Both the position numbers and the translations under genes were made by a program. This document shows, piece after piece, positions 1 through 8,593 of a stretch of DNA of 64,000 bases. How positions within the stretch are numbered: the first letter of the stretch is position 1; every line of letters begins with the position of its first letter. The notes under the pieces are model-generated. The model saw nothing but the letters and a program-made list of their open reading frames with translations, made no database searches and had not been told where the DNA came from. This DNA is from an uncultured Bdellovibrionales bacterium (lineage in GTDB: Bacteria > Patescibacteriota > Minisyncoccia > Moranbacterales > UBA1568), in assembly GCA_964580285.1 (NCBI GenBank), contig CAZOKB010000003.1:31403-95402 (forward strand), written 5' to 3'.

Positions 1-411
1 TGGTTCATATCAGTGAAGGTTTCGCCGATGGATCCTGATCGGCTTGATGAGATCGCCTCAGTTATCGAGGAGTTTCCAGTAAGCGCGGTTATCACGCAAA
101 ACACAGTGCCGAATTGTCTGGATATCAATCTCACTACTAGAAAGCCGATCATCGACACGCCGGACAAGAGAGGGTATGCCGGCGGATCGGGTATACAGAT
201 CTTCCAGCAAGCCCTCGGCCAGGTGAAACAGTGGCGTGAACGACTGCCCGGAGAAATCCAGGTATGGGGCGTCGGTGGTGTACAAACCGGCGAAGATGTA
301 AAGAAAATGCTCTGGGCCGGCGCGTCTGCTGTTGAAGTCGGTACTTCGTACTTCATCTCCGGCGCCAAAGTCTTTGGCGAAATCGCCGGTCAATTCGTCA
401 ATCTTTCCTGA
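1..411 (+). CDS. pyrD: dihydroorotate dehydrogenase, C-terminal part (5' truncated by window)
   Basis: VKVSP, ITQNT, GGSG, GVGGV..GASAVEVGT FMN-barrel motifs; directly upstream of pyrC. Confidence 0.85.
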   Translation, partial: WFISVKVSPMDPDRLDEIASVIEEFPVSAVITQNTVPNCLDINLTTRKPIIDTPDKRGYAGGSGIQIFQQALGQVKQWRERLPGEIQVWGVGGVQTGEDVKKMLWAGASAVEVGTSYFISGAKVFGEIAGQFVNLS

Positions 412-426
412 AAAGGAGTCTCACTC

Positions 427-1485
427 ATGGAACTTACTCTCACTCGTCCCGATGACTTCCATCTCCACCTCCGTGATGGAGACGCCATGCTCTTCATCCT
501 CCCTCATACCGCCCACGTCTTCGGACGAGCACTCGTTATGCCGAATTTGGCTCATCCAGTCACAACGGTACAGCAAGCCATCGACTACCGACACCGCATC
601 CTTGAGGCACTGAGCAAGGCTCCCCGGCAATGCTCTGGATTCGAGCCACTCATGACGATCTACCTGACCAACGATACCTCTCCAACCACGATCGCTATGG
701 CATCCGCCACGGAATGCATCCTCGCCGCCAAGCTCTATCCAGCCCACGCAACGACCAATGCGGCGCATGGCGTGACAGATATCGAGCAGCTCAGTCCAGT
801 CTTCGAAACTATGGCAGAACGCGGTCTCGTACTCTCGATCCACGGCGAGCTCCTCGCTGACGCACACGGGGAAGTCGATGTTTTCGATCGCGAGAAGCGC
901 TTCCTCGAAGAAACGCTCTTCTGGATCGTCGATAGCTATCCGGAGCTCAAAGTCGTGCTCGAGCATATCACGACCAAAGAGGCAGTTCGATTCGTTGAAG
1001 AGACTCGGACCGGAGTCGCCGCGACCATCACGGCACACCACCTCCTCGAGAATCGCAACGCGATCTTCCGGGGCGGAATCCAACCTCATCACTACTGTCT
1101 CCCGGTACTCAAACGAGAAGCGGATCGCGAGGCGCTCCTCTTGGCGGCTACATCCGGCAATCCGAAGTTCTTTCTCGGCACCGACTCTGCACCACACGCG
1201 AAGTCCAGAAAGGAGTCGGCTTGCGGCTGTGCTGGTTGCTTTACCGCTCCAGTCGCGCTCCCGCTCTACGCGCAGGCGTTCCATTCTATCGGCGCGCTGG
1301 ATCGACTGGAAGGGTTCGCGAGCTTCTTCGGCGCTGACTTCTATGGTCTCCCGAGAAATACGGATACCGTCACGCTCGTGGAAAAGGCCGCGACCGTTCC
1401 TATGTTCACGGCCTTCGGAAACGACGACATCGTCGTAACATTCTGGGCCGGACACTCCATCGACTTTTCGGTTAAGCCCGAATAG
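427..1485 (+). CDS. pyrC: dihydroorotase (homodimeric, E. coli-type)
   Basis: PDDFHLHLRDG, MPNL, KLYPAHATTN, EHITT, HYCLPVLK, FLGTDSAPH motifs. Confidence 0.97.
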   Translation: MELTLTRPDDFHLHLRDGDAMLFILPHTAHVFGRALVMPNLAHPVTTVQQAIDYRHRILEALSKAPRQCSGFEPLMTIYLTNDTSPTTIAMASATECILAAKLYPAHATTNAAHGVTDIEQLSPVFETMAERGLVLSIHGELLADAHGEVDVFDREKRFLEETLFWIVDSYPELKVVLEHITTKEAVRFVEETRTGVAATITAHHLLENRNAIFRGGIQPHHYCLPVLKREADREALLLAATSGNPKFFLGTDSAPHAKSRKESACGCAGCFTAPVALPLYAQAFHSIGALDRLEGFASFFGADFYGLPRNTDTVTLVEKAATVPMFTAFGNDDIVVTFWAGHSIDFSVKPE

Positions 1486-1501
1486 TACGCCACGCCCCCT
1501 G

Positions 1502-1533
1502 ACCTGTTCCGAAAGTATCGGAACAGGTTTTTT
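1502..1533 (+). terminator. intrinsic terminator after pyrC
   Basis: ACCTGTTCCGA-AAGTA-TCGGAACAGGT stem followed by T run. Confidence 0.8.
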
Positions 1534-1560
1534 ATATAAAAAAAGTGATCCTCAAAAGGA

Positions 1561-1998
1561 TCACCAGAAAGACCAGGCGTGCACTTCTTCTGGAAGCGAG
1601 TTGCAAAGTACAGAAAAATCTTTGGCCGTCATCAACCCCGTCCATTCGATGGAACTCCGAAGTGCCGCAAGAAAACATGTGACACGTCCGTCCGTTTGTC
1701 CAGAAACAATACTGTGATGTATCATTTCCAGAAACATCTCCTTGGTAAGATTCTGCTCAACACACACAAGACCGACATGCGCACAAAAATCGAAAGCGCG
1801 CTCATGCTCTCTTGGGAATCCGATCAAACGACCCATGCGAGCAATCATTCGATGGACTCGACGAAGCGCTGCCTGATCGCGTCTCCCAATAACCAATGGA
1901 TGCTGCTTTCCTGATTGTTCAAGAACAATGAGAGCCCGCTCGAGCACCGAGAGCACCGCTGCCTGATATTTGCTCATCCTGTTTTCCTCCTGTCTCAC
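1561..1998 (-). CDS. hypothetical protein
   Basis: 145-aa ORF filling the gap between the pyrC terminator and dus; no recognisable motif. Confidence 0.55.
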   Translation of the reverse strand: MRQEENRMSKYQAAVLSVLERALIVLEQSGKQHPLVIGRRDQAALRRVHRMIARMGRLIGFPREHERAFDFCAHVGLVCVEQNLTKEMFLEMIHHSIVSGQTDGRVTCFLAALRSSIEWTGLMTAKDFSVLCNSLPEEVHAWSFW

Positions 1999-2034
1999 GA
2001 TGAAGCCTCACTCTACTTTGTAAGCATGTCTCCG

Positions 2035-3003
2035 TCAACTCCAGTGTCCGGAACGCGCAAGAAACTCCTTTACGCAACAACCGACCAACGCCGCGTCAGT
2101 ACATTCCATCAGCCGGATCCTGAGTTCGTGCGCCCCATCGAATCCATGTACATAGGCCTTGTAGTGCTTTTTCATTACCTCAAAGCTCTTTTTGTTTTTG
2201 AACAGCTCTTCATAGAGTTGCGTGTGCTCCATCATAACAGAAAGTTTTTCCGCAACACTCACTACTTTTTTAGTTTCATCAAAAAACCAGGGATTTCCAA
2301 ACAAGCCCCGCCCGATCATCACACCATCACAGCCGGTCTCCGCGACCCGCTGTCGTGCTTCATCCATATTTCGCACATCACCGTTACCAATAATGAGCGT
2401 ACCGGTCCCACGTGCTAGCTCCACCGCCCGTGCCACGTGCTCCCAGCGGGCCGGCACCAGCGACATGTCTTTTTTCGTCCGCGCATGCACCGTGATCGCT
2501 GCTGGTTGCTCAGCAAGAAGTTCTGGTAGCCACGTCTCAAGTTCGTCGGCATTAAATCCGATCCGCGTCTTCACCGATACCGGGATTTTTCCTGTCACTC
2601 CTTCCTGCGCTGCCCTGATCAGCTCTCGCGCTAAAACCGGATGTTGCATAAGCTTTGCCCCCGCCCCTTGCTTCATCACATTCTTGTCCGGGCAGCCCAT
2701 ATTGATATCGAGCCCATCGAAACCGAGCCGAGCAATAATCTTGGCTGCCTCGCGCATCTTATCGGGGTGTGCCGTGAACACCTGCGCTACGATCGGTCGC
2801 TCCGCTTCGGTGTAGTGCAAATCGAGAAGTATCGCCTCGCGTCCCTCCGGGTGACACAATCCATCCGCCGACACAAATTCCGTCCACGTCACATCCGGCC
2901 GCCCATACTTGGCAAACAGGCATCGAAAAGCCGCGTCCGTGACATTCGCCATCGGAGCCATCACAAAAAAAGGCTTCTTCAGTTCATTCCAAAAATTTAG
3001 CAT
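2035..3003 (-). CDS. dus: tRNA-dihydrouridine synthase
   Basis: MAPMANVTD, DINMGCP, VSVKTRIG, ITVHART, GNGDV, GVMIGRG motifs; ATG at 3003 preferred. Confidence 0.95.
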   Translation of the reverse strand: MLNFWNELKKPFFVMAPMANVTDAAFRCLFAKYGRPDVTWTEFVSADGLCHPEGREAILLDLHYTEAERPIVAQVFTAHPDKMREAAKIIARLGFDGLDINMGCPDKNVMKQGAGAKLMQHPVLARELIRAAQEGVTGKIPVSVKTRIGFNADELETWLPELLAEQPAAITVHARTKKDMSLVPARWEHVARAVELARGTGTLIIGNGDVRNMDEARQRVAETGCDGVMIGRGLFGNPWFFDETKKVVSVAEKLSVMMEHTQLYEELFKNKKSFEVMKKHYKAYVHGFDGAHELRIRLMECTDAALVGCCVKEFLARSGHWS

Positions 3004-3143
3004 AGGTAAACAGTGTACCGAAATCAAGACACAGAATCAAGGCAATTCTTCTTCCAAAAAAGAAATCCCGCGTCATGATGATTACCATAACACGGGATAC
3101 CGAAACATATCTCATCCTGGCGTACTGTAAATAAAGCTCCTGA

Positions 3144-3482
3144 TCAAATACGATTCAGGCGATCTTGCAACATATCGACGCATTCCCGACTCTCGATCGG
3201 TAGATCATCCCATGCCGCAAGCACTCCCTTGACATGAGGTCTTCTGTCGTGACGGAACACACCATACAGCATCGGATGCGACACATCGATGGCAATCCGC
3301 TGTTTATTTTCCTTGTTATGCCACGTCACAGCGAGCAAAAGACAGTAGGAACGTTCGGTCTTGACCTGCAACAACAGTGCCAACAATTCCTGGATCCGGT
3401 CGCGGGTATTAAGTACGGTGCTGAGATCCTGATACTTCAACTCATACAACTCATTATTCCGACTGCTCAGAAAAATTCTCAT
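3144..3482 (-). CDS. hypothetical protein (orphan cassette)
   Basis: 112-aa ORF with its own promoter-like elements upstream and a hairpin plus T run downstream. Confidence 0.55.
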   Translation of the reverse strand: MRIFLSSRNNELYELKYQDLSTVLNTRDRIQELLALLLQVKTERSYCLLLAVTWHNKENKQRIAIDVSHPMLYGVFRHDRRPHVKGVLAAWDDLPIESRECVDMLQDRLNRI

Positions 3483-3584
3483 GGCTATGCCCCTTTCGTG
3501 ATTGTTGTATCGGGTAAGAAAAATCGAGGCCCCTCAAAGAACTATCACGAGTATTATCCCAAAAACTATAGCGTGTCAACCCTC

Positions 3585-3629
3585 TTGACAATCAATCCCT
3601 TTTTGCTATAATTTGGACTAAATAAGTCC
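3585..3629 (+). promoter_or_regulatory. sigma70 promoter of rrf2-suf operon with palindromic operator
   Basis: TTGACA (3585-3590), 16-nt spacer, TGcTATAAT (3604-3612), then GGACT-AAATA-AGTCC (3615-3629). Confidence 0.8.
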
Positions 3630-3660
3630 TATATAAAAAGAGCTTATACCAAGCAAAAAT

Positions 3661-4071
3661 ATGCGCGTCTCCAAAAAAACTTATTATGGTCTCCGAGCTA
3701 TCACTGCGCTCGCCGAACACGGCGAGCTTTCCGTGCATGATCTGGCCGCTCTGGAAAATATGCCTGAAGACTACCTTCATAAGATTCTCCAGATCCTCAA
3801 ACGCCATGGTATTGTTTCCTCCGAGAAGGGTGCGCATGGAGGCTACACTCTGGCCCGACCGACTACTAGCGTCTCCGTTTGGGATATCGTCTCGACACTT
3901 GATGGCGGTTTCAAAAGTTTCGCTCCACCCCGACTGACTAACGTCTCCCCTTATCCAAAACTCACTCACTGCCAGACCAATCAGGTCTGGAGAGAACTTG
4001 AACAGAAAATAGAAACTACCCTGTCCGCTACGACCCTCGACCAGATAATCACTCCTACCATCCATCCTTAA
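3661..4071 (+). CDS. Rrf2 family transcriptional regulator (single Cys, CymR-like)
   Basis: YGLRA..LA, YLHKILQ.L...GIVSS.KGAHGGY.LAR winged-HTH signature. Confidence 0.93.
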   Translation: MRVSKKTYYGLRAITALAEHGELSVHDLAALENMPEDYLHKILQILKRHGIVSSEKGAHGGYTLARPTTSVSVWDIVSTLDGGFKSFAPPRLTNVSPYPKLTHCQTNQVWRELEQKIETTLSATTLDQIITPTIHP

Positions 4072-4079
4072 CGAACCCT

Positions 4080-4793
4080 ATGCTCACACTCGAAAAACTT
4101 TCTGTTTCTATCGAAGGCAAGAAGATTCTTCATGATATCTCCTTCGTTTTCAAACCAGGCAAGACCTACGCCATACTCGGACCAAACGGCTCCGGTAAGT
4201 CCACTCTGGCCAGTGCTATTATGGGGCACCCAAAAGTCACTCTTGGCCGGGGCAGTCAGCTTCTGTACGAAAAAAAGAATTTCCGTCGTCTTTCACCGGA
4301 CAAACGGGCCGTACTCGGCATGAGCATGACCTTTCAAAGCCCTCTCACGCTCGACGGCGTCTCTGTCCGTGACCTGCTCCGCCTGGCCCTTGAAAAACGC
4401 TATGATCCGTTTGCCCTCCATCAGAAAATCAACGAGGCTGCCGAGAAACTCAAAATCAAAAACGAGCTTCTCTCGCGCTCGCTCAATGACGGCTTTTCCG
4501 GTGGAGAGAAGAAAAAACTGGAAGCGCTTCAGATCGCCCTGCTTGAGCCTCGCTTCGTTCTTTTTGATGAGATAGATACCGGCGTTGACGTCGATGCTCT
4601 GAAAACGATTTCCCACTTTCTCCGCCATGTACTTCCGAAACAAACCACTCTCGTGTTCATCACCCACTCCGCCAAGCTCCTCAAGTACATGCAGCCTGAT
4701 GAAATTCTCGTCATCAAAGACGGTCAACTTGCAGCAACTGGCGGACCAGAACTCGCCACCACTATCGAAAAGAAAGGTTTTGAAAGTTTCTAA
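4080..4793 (+). CDS. sufC: Fe-S cluster assembly ATPase SufC
   Basis: GPNGSGKST, FQSP, NDGFSGGEKK, DEIDTGVDVDAL; operon context. Confidence 0.95.
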   Translation: MLTLEKLSVSIEGKKILHDISFVFKPGKTYAILGPNGSGKSTLASAIMGHPKVTLGRGSQLLYEKKNFRRLSPDKRAVLGMSMTFQSPLTLDGVSVRDLLRLALEKRYDPFALHQKINEAAEKLKIKNELLSRSLNDGFSGGEKKKLEALQIALLEPRFVLFDEIDTGVDVDALKTISHFLRHVLPKQTTLVFITHSAKLLKYMQPDEILVIKDGQLAATGGPELATTIEKKGFESF

Positions 4794-4803
4794 ACTATGC
4801 ATA

Positions 4804-4891
4804 AGGATTTTTCCTCCTGATCGTTCTGTTGGTAACCGTTGGATGCTTTAGCGCCACAGGGAGACAACAGAATGTCAGAATGAAAAATCCT
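4804..4891 (+). ncRNA. structured RNA motif, copy 1 (sufC-sufB junction)
   Basis: nested stems with a conserved core shared with 6320-6409 and 9863-9949. Confidence 0.7.
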
Positions 4892-4907
4892 ACTCCATAT
4901 ATAAAAT

Positions 4908-6317
4908 ATGTCTCGTCGTAAGCCAACCAAAAAAATAGACCTCGGCGATTACCAGTACGGATTCGCCATGCCCGAACGCTCGGTACAAAAAACGAATACC
5001 GGGCTTTCGCAGTCAGTCGTTCTAGAAATTTCTCGCATCAAAGAAGAAAAGGCCTGGATGCGTGATTTTCGTGTGCGCGCTTATGAGCGCTTCACAACCC
5101 TGCCGCTTCCAGCTTGGGGCGCCGATCTTTCGAAGATTGATTTCGACAGCATCACCTACTATCTCAAAGCCACCAACGAACAATCCAAAACCTGGGATGA
5201 GCTGCCTCCAGAAATTAAGGAGACGTATGATCGTATTGGCGTGCCCGAGGCTGAGCGAAAATTCCTCGCGGGAGTCTCAGCACAATACGAAAGCGAAGTG
5301 GTCTACGAAAGCATCGAGAAGACACTCTCTGCCAAAGGCGTCATCTTCTGCGATATGGACACGGCCGTACGGAAATATCCCACGCTGGTCCGGGAATATT
5401 TCGGTAAGCTTATCCCGCCACATGACAACAAGTTCGCCGCGCTCAACTCGGCCGTCTGGTCCGGCGGATCATTCGTCTACGTGCCAAAAGGTGTGAAAGT
5501 CGATCTGCCGCTCCAAGCCTATTTCCGCATCAATTCGGAAGCCTTCGGACAATTCGAGCGCACCCTCATCATCGCCGACGAAGGCAGCTCCGTGCACTAT
5601 GTCGAGGGCTGCACCGCACCGATCTACCGCACGAGCTCGCTCCACTCCGCTGTCGTCGAGATCTTCGTTAAGAAAAACGCGCACGTTCGCTACACCACCG
5701 TCCAGAACTGGTCGAAAAATATCTATAACCTCGTCACCAAACGGGCTCGTGCCGAAGAAAATGCTTCCATGGAATGGATCGATTGCAATATCGGATCCGG
5801 CGTCACGATGAAATACCCCGCTGTCTATTTGGCAGGCCGTGGTGCCCATGGTGAAGTTCTCTCTATCGCCTATGCTGGTAAGCACCAGCACCAGGATACT
5901 GGTGCGAAAATGCTCCACATCGCTCCAGAGACCACTTCGCGTATCATCTCAAAGTCCATCAGCAAAGATGGCGGTCGCTCTTCCTACCGCGGTCTCGTAC
6001 ATATCGGTAAAGGAGCCACGGGAGCGAAAACCTCCGTTGTCTGCGATGCGCTCATCCTCGATCCAGAGTCGCGGTCCGATACCTATCCGACCATGCGAGT
6101 CAACGAGCCCTCTGCTCGCGTCGAGCATGAAGCCACGGTCGAAAAGATTTCCGCTGAGAAGCTCTTCTACCTCATGTCTCGCGGACTGAAACAAAAAGAC
6201 GCCGAGGGGCTCCTCGTCAACGGCTTTCTCGAACCAGTCGTTAAAGAAATTCCTCTCGAGTATTCCATCGAGCTCAACCGCCTCATCAATCTCGAAATGG
6301 AAGGTAGTGTAGGATAA
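4908..6317 (+). CDS. sufB: Fe-S cluster assembly scaffold SufB
   Basis: [61 protein letters not shown]. Confidence 0.98.
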   Translation: MSRRKPTKKIDLGDYQYGFAMPERSVQKTNTGLSQSVVLEISRIKEEKAWMRDFRVRAYERFTTLPLPAWGADLSKIDFDSITYYLKATNEQSKTWDELPPEIKETYDRIGVPEAERKFLAGVSAQYESEVVYESIEKTLSAKGVIFCDMDTAVRKYPTLVREYFGKLIPPHDNKFAALNSAVWSGGSFVYVPKGVKVDLPLQAYFRINSEAFGQFERTLIIADEGSSVHYVEGCTAPIYRTSSLHSAVVEIFVKKNAHVRYTTVQNWSKNIYNLVTKRARAEENASMEWIDCNIGSGVTMKYPAVYLAGRGAHGEVLSIAYAGKHQHQDTGAKMLHIAPETTSRIISKSISKDGGRSSYRGLVHIGKGATGAKTSVVCDALILDPESRSDTYPTMRVNEPSARVEHEATVEKISAEKLFYLMSRGLKQKDAEGLLVNGFLEPVVKEIPLEYSIELNRLINLEMEGSVG

Positions 6318-6319
6318 AG

Positions 6320-6409
6320 AGAGATTTTCCCTCTTGGTTGTTCTGTTGGTGACCGCTGGATGCTTGAGCACCACAGGGAGACAACGGAATGCCAAGAGGG
6401 AAAATCTCT
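6320..6409 (+). ncRNA. structured RNA motif, copy 2 (sufB-sufD junction)
   Basis: 18-bp perfect outer stem AGAGATTTTCCCTCTTGG/CCAAGAGGGAAAATCTCT plus conserved core. Confidence 0.7.
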
Positions 6410-6446
6410 GAAATTGAACAGCGCATGCATTGATTTTTGTGCTTTT

Positions 6447-7022
6447 ATGAAACTCATCAACATCTCAACTGATACAAAATCCCTCTATCGACTCAAGGAA
6501 AACGAGAAGATAGTTTTTTTCTTGTTTAATCGTGGAGGCGAGATCACTTTTGATCTTCGAGGAAACCATTCAGAAGCGCATATTATAGCCCTCTTCGATC
6601 TTACAAACGACGCTCGTCTTGAAAGCCGGATCACTCAAATTCATCGCGGTGCAGATACTATTTCTTCCTTTGCTGGACGAAGCATCCTCAGAGGGAATGC
6701 CTCTTGCTCGTGGCAGGGCCTCTTATCAATCAAATCCTCTGCTCTGCATACAGATGCTCATCAAGAAATGAAACATCTGCTTTTGTCCCCTCTAGCCGGA
6801 GCCTTTTCGCTTCCTGCGCTCGAGATCGAACAAAATGATGTCCGCTGCGGACACGCCGCTACCATGAGCGCGCCCGACCCGGAACAGCTCTTTTTCCTAC
6901 AAAGCCGCGGTCTCTCTGAAACCCAAGCTATCGAACTCATCGCCCAAGGCTTTTTCCAGGATATGCTCGAGAAAATAGAAGTTCTGACTGGTGTTAAAGA
7001 AATTCCTGCATTTTCGCTTTGA
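6447..7022 (+). CDS. sufD: SufD-family protein (short form)
   Basis: P.LEI...DV.CGHAAT, EQLFFLQSRGL....A..LI..GFF; ATG 6447 preferred. Confidence 0.9.
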   Translation: MKLINISTDTKSLYRLKENEKIVFFLFNRGGEITFDLRGNHSEAHIIALFDLTNDARLESRITQIHRGADTISSFAGRSILRGNASCSWQGLLSIKSSALHTDAHQEMKHLLLSPLAGAFSLPALEIEQNDVRCGHAATMSAPDPEQLFFLQSRGLSETQAIELIAQGFFQDMLEKIEVLTGVKEIPAFSL

Positions 7023-7091
7023 TATCCTCTCTGAGTTCGTGCTCATTCCCGTACAAAAGCAACCCGAGATACGAATCCATATTCTTCTCAT

Positions 7092-7215
7092 TCACCCGCC
7101 AAACCCGTACTCACGATCCCACCGATTGTCAGGCTTATCGTAGTTCGTATTGAGCCACCGACCATCATCGCTGCGGTTGAGATTGAGCAAGTTCGCATCT
7201 CCATCGGAAATGTGT
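7092..7215 (-). other. DGR TR/VR-like relic segment
   Basis: reads SDGDANLLNLNRSDDGRWLNTNYDKPDNRWDREYGF, rich in AAC/AAT codons, resembling CPR DGR template/variable repeats. Confidence 0.6.
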
Positions 7216-7521
7216 AGTTTTCCTTCTCTGCCACCATCCCTCAAATACTTTCGGGACTGAATCGAATTCGTGATCGAAATCACCGAGAAAACCCCACCAA
7301 GTATCTTCATTTTTTGATGAAATACCCGCCTGCCATCAGACAGGTCTGCATACATCACCCTATCTCACGCCGTAACAAAAGATATTCTCGATGTATGGAT
7401 ACTGGATTCGGCCGCAAACAGCCGTGACTGTTTGCAGATTCGCCTACTACCATCCAAATTACCCGGAGCCGTAACCACGAGCGTTCCATCTGTCACTGGT
7501 ATTGTATCAAAAAAATGAAAA

Positions 7522-7545
7522 CCCGCGCATACATGTATGCGCGGG
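7522..7545. repeat. perfect 24-bp palindrome downstream of the DGR-type target gene
   Basis: CCCGCGCATACATGTATGCGCGGG equals its own reverse complement; T-rich tract follows on the minus strand. Confidence 0.9.
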
Positions 7546-7598
7546 AAAGATTCCGAGGGTCCAAGGGACAAAGCATAGAAGTCCCAAAGACTGAAGAA

Positions 7599-8180
7599 TC
7601 AGAGAGCCTTGCGGACAGCGAGAAACCGAAAGTGGAAGCTCCAGTCAACGTCCCAGCGATCGAGGTTCAGGTCCCGCTTGACGTCACCCCTGTCGAGGCA
7701 CGGCACGTAGCGACTGCCACCGATCGTGCACGAGGAGCCGAGTCCGACGATCGGATACTTCCGCTGCTCCTCGCGATACTTCGCTCCGAAAGCAAGCAGG
7801 TGTTCGATCTTGGCCGCTTCCCAGCCCTCGACTTCGATCGCTCGCATCGCATCTTCCGACGAGATAAAGCGGCCGAAATGGAAGAGTCTGGTTTCGTACC
7901 TGGTTTCGCCATCGCCGACGATCGGGAATCGATCGTGAGTAATGTCACCATTGGCCCAGTCGTACCGGCCAGCAGTGATCATCTCAGCGAGTGAGAGGCC
8001 GAGGTTGACGGTGATTGTGGTGAGATGGTTGGTATCAGCCTTCTTTGAGAGAACTGACCGGAGCTTTTCTTCGTCACGGATCAGGCTCATGATATCCTTC
8101 GGCTCGGCGCCGATTTTCGCCAGAGCGATCGCGAGCTCGTGCATGAGTCCGACAGAAAAGTCATTAGCGGTAACAGCCAT
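7599..8180 (-). CDS. putative DGR target protein with C-terminal variable region
   Basis: C-terminus GGSRYVPCLDRGDVKRDLNLDRWDVDWSFHFRFLAVRK with NNY codons at presumptive variable sites; GGAG RBS upstream of ATG 8180. Confidence 0.75.
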   Translation of the reverse strand: MAVTANDFSVGLMHELAIALAKIGAEPKDIMSLIRDEEKLRSVLSKKADTNHLTTITVNLGLSLAEMITAGRYDWANGDITHDRFPIVGDGETRYETRLFHFGRFISSEDAMRAIEVEGWEAAKIEHLLAFGAKYREEQRKYPIVGLGSSCTIGGSRYVPCLDRGDVKRDLNLDRWDVDWSFHFRFLAVRKAL

Positions 8181-8319
8181 GATATATCTCCTTCCGATTG
8201 ACTCATCCATAATATGGACACGTCGTGCCAGCGGGCTCTCGATTCTTCGAGTTTGCCATAGCGCAGAGGATTTCAGCCTTCTAAAAGCTTTTGTGCTATG
8301 ACAACTCTCTACTTTCTCT

Positions 8320-8418
8320 ATTGTTAAAGAAATTATATTATAGCATTTTATTAGACTCTTGTCAATTATACTAGGGTATGGTATAAAGGAGTGAGTCGAA
8401 ATCGGACTATTTTAGTCT
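8320..8418. promoter_or_regulatory. divergent promoters, boxA-like motif (-) and second Rrf2-type operator (+)
   Basis: minus: TTGACA(8365-8360)-17-TATAAT(8342-8337) then TTTCTTTAACAAT; plus: TTGTCA(8359)-17-TATAAA(8382) then GGACT-ATTTT-AGTCT (8404-8418). Confidence 0.7.
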
Positions 8419-8467
8419 ACATTAAAAAACCCTATTCTTAAGCTAAAGAATGCCTTAAAGTTTGATT

Positions 8468-8565
8468 GTCTGTCATTGCGATCCATCAGCTGACGGAGAA
8501 GCAATCTGGCTTTTACACTATTTATTCTGGATTGCTTCGTCGAAGACTCCTCGCAATGACAGAAA
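8468..8565. repeat. palindromic REP/RPE-like element
   Basis: TGTCATTGCGA..GAAGCAATC..GATTGCTTCG..CCTCGCAATGACA; inverted near-copy at 27922-28008. Confidence 0.85.
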
Positions 8566-8593
8566 AATGAAGGCTTATTCAAGTGAGTAATCT

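Noticed and set aside
421-1455. Long antisense ORFs (also 26086-27192, 41532-42341, 60620-61396)
   Set aside because: Shadows of well-conserved genes on the opposite strand; no motifs.
7365-7571. 68-aa ORF between the target gene and the TR-like relic as an Avd candidate
   Set aside because: It overlaps the palindrome and shows no four-helix-bundle Avd features.
7092-8180. Complete DGR
   Set aside because: No reverse transcriptase or Avd in the window, and the TR-like segment does not align with the variable region at DNA level.
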